A stretch of DNA of 32,000 bases. Source: Halomicronema hongdechloris C2206 (GTDB lineage: Bacteria > Cyanobacteriota > Cyanobacteriia > Phormidesmidales > Phormidesmidaceae). This document shows positions 27,229 to 32,000 of the stretch, piece by piece. Each line of letters begins with the position of its first letter. Position 1 is the stretch's first letter. A program made the translations under genes and the position numbers. The stretch is from assembly GCF_002075285.3 (NCBI RefSeq), contig NZ_CP021983.2, positions 2,490,001-2,522,000 on the forward strand, read 5' to 3'. The notes below the pieces were generated by a model. It did not search any database, had not been told where the DNA came from, and saw nothing but the letters and a program-made list of their open reading frames with translations.

Positions 27229-28530
27229 ATGAATTCATATCTTGTCTACATGCACCAGGAGCAAGTCCAAGCGATCTACCAAAACTTTATTGCTTCTGGA
27301 ATAAACACAATTCGTGGAATTGCGTTTGAGTTTGATGACGGTGATGTTTTTCATATTTATACATCAGAACCCAAAACTCAGATCTCTGGTTATCCCTGTG
27401 CTTCCCTCATTCAATTTCTAGATCGATTACCTACCAACGAAGCAGGTCTAGCGATGGCTAAACAGCTTCGTAACACAATGCAAAATAATGGTGTCAATTC
27501 TTCTAGACATATATTGATTATTCTATTCTCAATAGAGGATGGTCAGTTAAAGCATCATGTTTTCGCGAGTAGAGCTGAAGGCGAATTCCAAGAAGGAGTT
27601 ATGAAATTTCTTCCTGGGAGATCCGAGCTTTATTCTCGCAGTAAAGGAATCTTGGAAACTTCAATCTTAGAGAACTGCAAAGTTGGGATTGTTGGCCTGG
27701 GTAGTGGTGGTTCTAGTATTGCAGTAGAACTGGCTAAAGCAGGAATTGGTAATTTTGTGTTGATTGACTATGATCGACTGGAATTAGCCAACATTGCTAG
27801 GCATGTTTGTGGGACAGGTGATCTTGGTCGTTATAAAACTAAGGCGGTCAAAGATGCACTATATGGCAAGAATCCTCACATTCAGGTTGACAGCGCCGAG
27901 CTCGATATTAACGAAAATTTAGAGCAAACCAAAATACTGCTTAAAGACTGCAATTTAATTATTGCAGCTACTGACAACGATCGCAGTCGTTTCAATTTAA
28001 ATAGTATTTCCTTGGAATATAGAATTCCTACTATTTTTGGTAGAGCATTAACTCGTGCTATTGGAGGTGATGTTCTAAGAGTCCGCCCTCATCAAGGACC
28101 TTGTTTAAGATGTATTTTTACCAAAGATTTTCTAGCAACCCGTAAACAGGAAATATCCACGTCTACCCAGGCTAGGAAAGATACACCAGCCTATGTCTCA
28201 GATGAAGAGGTTAACGCAACTGTTCAAGTTGGATTGTCTTCTGATATTGTGCCCATCTCAAACATGGTTGTGAAACTGGCATTAGTAGAGCTGTCTAAAG
28301 GTCGAGCCAGTGGCATTGCTTCCCTAGAAGAAGATTTGATTGCGAACTTTTACATTTGGGCTAATCGGCGTGAGCAAACCTATGCTGAATGGCCAAAGAT
28401 GGAATATGGTTCAAGAACACCCTCTATCCTGCGGTGGTACGGTGCAAAGTGGGAGCGCAACGCAACTTGCCCCGCCTGTAACGAAGACCATGAACTACTG
28501 GATGAGGAAGACAATATTTTTGCTAGTTAA
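27229..28530 (+). CDS. ThiF/MoeB/E1-like adenylating enzyme with an unassigned ~145-aa N-terminal domain
   Basis: The Rossmann motif is KVGIVGLGSGGSSIAVELAKAGIGNFVLIDYDRLELANIARH (GxGxxG at 27694-27711), followed by ATDNDRSR. Two CxxC pairs, GPCLRC (28102-13) and CPAC (28468-79), resemble the Zn site of MoeB/ThiF/MccB. Confidence 0.8.
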   Translation: MNSYLVYMHQEQVQAIYQNFIASGINTIRGIAFEFDDGDVFHIYTSEPKTQISGYPCASLIQFLDRLPTNEAGLAMAKQLRNTMQNNGVNSSRHILIILFSIEDGQLKHHVFASRAEGEFQEGVMKFLPGRSELYSRSKGILETSILENCKVGIVGLGSGGSSIAVELAKAGIGNFVLIDYDRLELANIARHVCGTGDLGRYKTKAVKDALYGKNPHIQVDSAELDINENLEQTKILLKDCNLIIAATDNDRSRFNLNSISLEYRIPTIFGRALTRAIGGDVLRVRPHQGPCLRCIFTKDFLATRKQEISTSTQARKDTPAYVSDEEVNATVQVGLSSDIVPISNMVVKLALVELSKGRASGIASLEEDLIANFYIWANRREQTYAEWPKMEYGSRTPSILRWYGAKWERNATCPACNEDHELLDEEDNIFAS

Positions 28531-28683
28531 GAAGATAAACACTATTTTCTCGGCTCTTCTGGATATCAGGTGATAAGCGTGGCAAGGGTTTCAGCCTTGT
28601 TAATGCTATTTTTTGTATCCAATTGACCATTTTCAACCATAAACCCAAAAGAGCCATTTTCTCGATGTAAAACACTTAAAAAC

Positions 28684-31600
28684 ATGAATGACTTTGAAGC
28701 AGCTCAGTTACTACAGCAAGGTATTCAGCATTTCCGGGTTGGTCAATTGGATCTAGCCGCCGATTCCTTTCGTGAAGCCTTAAGGATATCCAAAGTTCTT
28801 GGAAACCGCGCTGTTGAGGGAGTAGCTCTCACTGTTCTGGGCAATGTCTACCTTAACCAAAACAAATACCAGCAAGCGATTGAAGCTCAGGAACAAGCCC
28901 TAGCGCTCTCCAAAGAGACTGGTAACTATGCCGGACAGGGAGCAGCCCTAGGTGGATTAGGATTGGCTTACCTTAAGCAAGGTCAAACTCAACGAGGTGC
29001 TGAGCATCTTGAAGACGCATTACCCATCTTCAAACAAATTGGCGATCGCGCGGGAGAATGTCAGGTGTTGAGTGGGTTGGGAAATGCCTATACCCAATCA
29101 GAAGAATATGCAACCGCAGTGAAGTACCTTCAGCAAGCACTAACAGCTGCTAGGGAAATCGGCAATCCTGTCGGGGAGGCCACAGCTTTGGGTGGCTTAG
29201 GAGAGGTTTACCTTAAGCAAGGTCAATATCAAAAAGCCATTGAGTCTTTGAAGCCGGTGTTACCCATCTTCCAGGAAATGGGCAATCGCCCATGGCAAGG
29301 AGAAACCCATATTAACCTGGCAAAGGCCTACGACAATTTGCAGCAGTACACAGAGGCAATTACTCATTATGAACAGGCCTTCAACATTTTTCAAGATTTG
29401 GGCGATCGCAATAAAGTCGGCAATCTACTGCTTAATCTGGGCATTGATCAGGGGCAACTGGGTCAATATTCTGAGTCTGCCTCCTCCTATCAAAGAGCTT
29501 TATCAACTTTCCAGGATGACGGTGATCAAGCGGGAGAAGGAAAGGCTCTGCTGAATTTGGGCATTACCTGCTCTTATCTGGCGCAATATTCAGAAGGAAT
29601 CCGTTTCCTGAGTCAAGCCCTTAGCATTTTCCAGCATCTGGGTGATCTGAGGAGTCAAGGAATCGTTTTAGAGCGTCTGAGCTATACCCACATGGGATCA
29701 GGCCAGTTCACAGAAGCCATCAGCTTTTTCCAGCAAGGTTTAGATATTGTCCGAATGAGTTGCGATCGCCTGACAGAGGGCACAATCCTAAGCAATTTAG
29801 GCTATGCATTGACGCAAACAGGGGAATATCAACAAGCTCTCGAACATCTCAACCAAGCTTTAAGTATCGCTCATGAACTCGAAAACTCTATTCTCAAAGG
29901 TCAAGCTTTATCATTTTTAGGAAATTTATATCTTGATCAGGGCAAATATCAAGAAGCCATTGAAACTCAGAGATATGCTTTATCAATTCTAAGGAAGACT
30001 AACAACGCTTTGGGACAAGCCGCAGCTTTGGGTTGCATAGGACTTGCCCACTTGCAACAAAGTCAATATCAAGAAGGCATTAAGCATCTTGAGGAGGCGT
30101 TGCCAATCTTCAAACAAACTAGATACCGATTTGGAGAATGCCAAACTTTAAATGGTTTAGGTAATGCCTATACTCAGTTACAAGACTATCCAAGCGCCAT
30201 TGATTATTTCCAGCAAGCACTGAAAATTGCGAAGGAAATTGGTAATTGTGTAGGAGAAGCAACAGCATTAAGTGGATTAGGTGATGCTTATCTACAACAT
30301 GGTCAATATCAAGAAGCGATCGATGCTTTGCAGTCAATAATACCGATTTTGCCAGAAATTGGCGATCGCCAGTTGGAGCAGACCATATATATTAATTTGG
30401 GCAAAGTCTATACTGAGCTTAAACAATTTAAGGCAGCAATCCAATCCTTTGAGAAAAGCTTAAAAATCACTCGAGAACTTGGTGCTCGGATAGAAGAACT
30501 GCTTGCCTTAAGTAGCTTAAGCACTCTAAATTTTGAAGCTAAGAGATTTGAGAGCACAATAAAATATTCTAGGCAGATTTTAACTCTTTTAGACAAGAAG
30601 AGCGATACTGAATTAAACCTCGAAAATGAAGTGAAACTCAACATTTTGTCAGAGGCAAAATACAATATCGGCACAGCTCATCTATATAAGCAAAAAGGCA
30701 TAAGAACTGACAATTTAGAGTTAGCCATTCGCTATCTTAAAGAAGCCTTACAAGGATATTCTAGAGACAACCTTTCCTCTGAGTGGGCAAAGGCTCATAA
30801 TAATCTTTCCATTGCATATTTGGATAGAATTCGAGGTGGTAAAGCAGAAAATATAGAGAATTCAATTAAGCACTCAAAAAACACCTTAGAAGTTTATACA
30901 ATAGAGGAGTACCCTGAAGAATGGGCTAGAACTCAACTTAATTTAGGTCATGCTTACTTGGCAAGAATACTTGGTGAGAAAGTAGCTAATCTTCAAGAAT
31001 CAATCGGCTTCTGTCAGCGAGCTTTATCTGTTTTTACTCAGAAGGAATCTCCTGAGTATTGGGCGAAATCACAAAGTAACTTGGGAGCTGCCTATGCTAC
31101 TCTTGCTAAGCAAAGTAGTCTTAAGGTGGGTTTCCTAGATTATGTGAAGCAGGGTAAACCTAAAGTCACCTCAGAAAACTTTTCCAATTTTAGTACTAGC
31201 AACTATGAAGAAGTAAAGCATAAATTTTTAGAAAAAGCAATTGAAAGCTTTACGCTTGCTTTGCAATTTCTAGATGAGACAAACTCTCCCTTTGATTGGG
31301 CACAGGTTCAGATGAATTTAGGAGCTGCTTTCTTAGATAAGTCTGAAATCATAGAATTGAAAGAGAAAGATAGATTGATAGATCTAGCCATTAACTCTTT
31401 TGACTCTGCCCTAAGGGTCTTTACTCCTATTAAGACTCCTGAGAAGTGGGCAGAAGTGAACAATCACATGGCAGTTGCATATATCAAGAGACTGAAAAGT
31501 GAAACAGGAGATAAGGCTGAGATTTTTAGTAATTCAGTTGTTCGTTTCCAAGATACGCTACAAATTTATACGCGCGAGGCTTTTCCTCAAAAATATGCAG

Positions 31601-32000
31601 AGGCCCAACACAATCTTGGACGAGCCTATAAGTATGCTGAGAACTACAGTGCGGCATACGATGCATTCTATGAAGTCATTGAAACCTTAGACTATCTGCG
31701 TAGTGAGATAAGTCCCAAATCAGGCATACAAGAAGACAAGCAGAAGCTGACGGAAGCATGGAACCATGTTTACCAGGAGATGGTGCAGCTCTGTTTGAAG
31801 CTTGATAAGCCTATAGAGGCAATTGAATATGTTGAACGGAGTAAAACCAAGAGTCTTGTTGAGCTTCTTACAAATAAAGAAAATTACTACGAACATGAAA
31901 CATCTCTAAGTCGAATCCGTGATGTTGGAAGGATTTCCTTTGCTGATATTCAAGACCTGATTGACGATCAAACTGCGATCATCGAATGGTATATCGCAGA
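28684..32000 (+). CDS. Giant TPR-repeat protein, 3'-partial (over 1105 codons with no stop before the window end); probable TPR-CHAT protease
   Basis: This ORF is not in the supplied track. I translated it by hand from ATG 28684 (MNDFEAAQLLQQGIQHF...) to the last base and found no stop. It contains about 14 canonical 40-aa TPR units, then W-containing repeats (P.EWA..Q.NLG.AY), then EYVERSKTKSLVELL...DQTAIIEWYIA. That order matches the usual lead-in to a CHAT domain in cyanobacterial proteins. The catalytic part would lie beyond the window. Confidence 0.75.
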   Translation, partial: MNDFEAAQLLQQGIQHFRVGQLDLAADSFREALRISKVLGNRAVEGVALTVLGNVYLNQNKYQQAIEAQEQALALSKETGNYAGQGAALGGLGLAYLKQGQTQRGAEHLEDALPIFKQIGDRAGECQVLSGLGNAYTQSEEYATAVKYLQQALTAAREIGNPVGEATALGGLGEVYLKQGQYQKAIESLKPVLPIFQEMGNRPWQGETHINLAKAYDNLQQYTEAITHYEQAFNIFQDLGDRNKVGNLLLNLGIDQGQLGQYSESASSYQRALSTFQDDGDQAGEGKALLNLGITCSYLAQYSEGIRFLSQALSIFQHLGDLRSQGIVLERLSYTHMGSGQFTEAISFFQQGLDIVRMSCDRLTEGTILSNLGYALTQTGEYQQALEHLNQALSIAHELENSILKGQALSFLGNLYLDQGKYQEAIETQRYALSILRKTNNALGQAAALGCIGLAHLQQSQYQEGIKHLEEALPIFKQTRYRFGECQTLNGLGNAYTQLQDYPSAIDYFQQALKIAKEIGNCVGEATALSGLGDAYLQHGQYQEAIDALQSIIPILPEIGDRQLEQTIYINLGKVYTELKQFKAAIQSFEKSLKITRELGARIEELLALSSLSTLNFEAKRFESTIKYSRQILTLLDKKSDTELNLENEVKLNILSEAKYNIGTAHLYKQKGIRTDNLELAIRYLKEALQGYSRDNLSSEWAKAHNNLSIAYLDRIRGGKAENIENSIKHSKNTLEVYTIEEYPEEWARTQLNLGHAYLARILGEKVANLQESIGFCQRALSVFTQKESPEYWAKSQSNLGAAYATLAKQSSLKVGFLDYVKQGKPKVTSENFSNFSTSNYEEVKHKFLEKAIESFTLALQFLDETNSPFDWAQVQMNLGAAFLDKSEIIELKEKDRLIDLAINSFDSALRVFTPIKTPEKWAEVNNHMAVAYIKRLKSETGDKAEIFSNSVVRFQDTLQIYTREAFPQKYAEAQHNLGRAYKYAENYSAAYDAFYEVIETLDYLRSEISPKSGIQEDKQKLTEAWNHVYQEMVQLCLKLDKPIEAIEYVERSKTKSLVELLTNKENYYEHETSLSRIRDVGRISFADIQDLIDDQTAIIEWYIA
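28825..30415 (+). repeat. Intragenic segmental duplication: two ~510-bp four-TPR blocks (28825-29335 and 29905-30415), offset by 1080 bp
   Basis: The first block reads ALTVLGNVYLNQNKYQQAIEAQEQALALSKETGN...LSGLGNAYTQSEEYATAVKYLQQALTAAREIGNPVGEATALGGLGEVYLKQGQYQKAIESL. The second reads ALSFLGNLYLDQGKYQEAIETQRYALSILRKTNN...LNGLGNAYTQLQDYPSAIDYFQQALKIAKEIGNCVGEATALSGLGDAYLQHGQYQEAIDAL. Confidence 0.8.

Noticed and set aside
25335-28530. Interpreting the E1/E2/JAB genes as the Cap2/Cap3 accessory module of a type II CBASS system.
   Set aside because: No cGAS/DncV-like nucleotidyltransferase or CBASS effector ORF is visible anywhere in the window. In addition, E1 and E2 are separate proteins rather than a Cap2-type fusion.
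27032-28530. Reading the small ORF plus ThiF-like enzyme as a microcin C-like (MccA/MccB) pair, or the small ORF as a Pup-like tag because it ends in Glu.
   Set aside because: MccA-type precursors end in Asn, whereas this one ends in Glu. Pup systems use PafA/Dop ligases, and none is present. The adjacent E2-like and JAB genes point to E1-E2 chemistry instead. The N-terminal domain of the E1 could still be a peptide-binding clamp, so the idea is only partly excluded.
28684-31700. Regular ~120-bp periodicity with recurring GGCGATCGC and ggtcaatatcaagaagc strings, considered as a CRISPR-like or satellite array.
   Set aside because: The periodicity is exactly the 40-codon TPR unit of a continuous open reading frame. 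The units are diverged at the DNA level and there are no unique spacers.

Overview
The window looks like a cyanobacterial chromosome segment. The HIP1 octamer GCGATCGC recurs (e.g. 581-588, 1865-1872, 2317-2324, 6545-6552) on a GC-rich backbone that is interrupted by visibly AT-rich islands. The backbone genes are: a CbbY-like HAD phosphatase (frameshifted), TenA, DUF1995, a cysteine desulfurase, an SNase-like nuclease with a lamin-tail domain, a secreted TPR protein, an MFS transporter, a minus-strand operon (GT2 / GT-C membrane glycosyltransferase / DUF547 lipoprotein / ArsM-like methyltransferase), a peroxiredoxin-like protein, a 1044-aa SARP-AAA-TPR regulator, DUF4242, a SAM methyltransferase and an acyl-CoA-dehydrogenase-fold monooxygenase. 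The AT-rich insertions are: a methyltransferase islet (~3.6-4.7 kb), a solitary KAP-family P-loop NTPase (14.1-16.5 kb), and a large island from ~24.5 kb to the window end, which sits behind a complete IS4/IS701-like element (22984-24273). The most interesting content is in that last island. It holds a same-strand cassette of a JAB/MPN metalloprotease with an E2/UEV-like tail, a stand-alone E2-like protein, a 63-aa acidic/proline-rich ORF 5 nt upstream of (apparently co-transcribed with) a ThiF/E1-like adenylating enzyme, and then a TPR protein of more than 1105 aa. The TPR ORF has no stop before the window edge, is absent from the supplied ORF track, and looks like the N-terminal part of a TPR-CHAT protease. 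No beta-grasp ubiquitin-like gene is recognisable, and a truncated second copy of the IS end lies between E2 and the small ORF. Several backbone genes carry single-base frameshifts, most at short homopolymer runs, which is more consistent with assembly indels than with real decay. I saw no rRNA, tRNA or CRISPR array.
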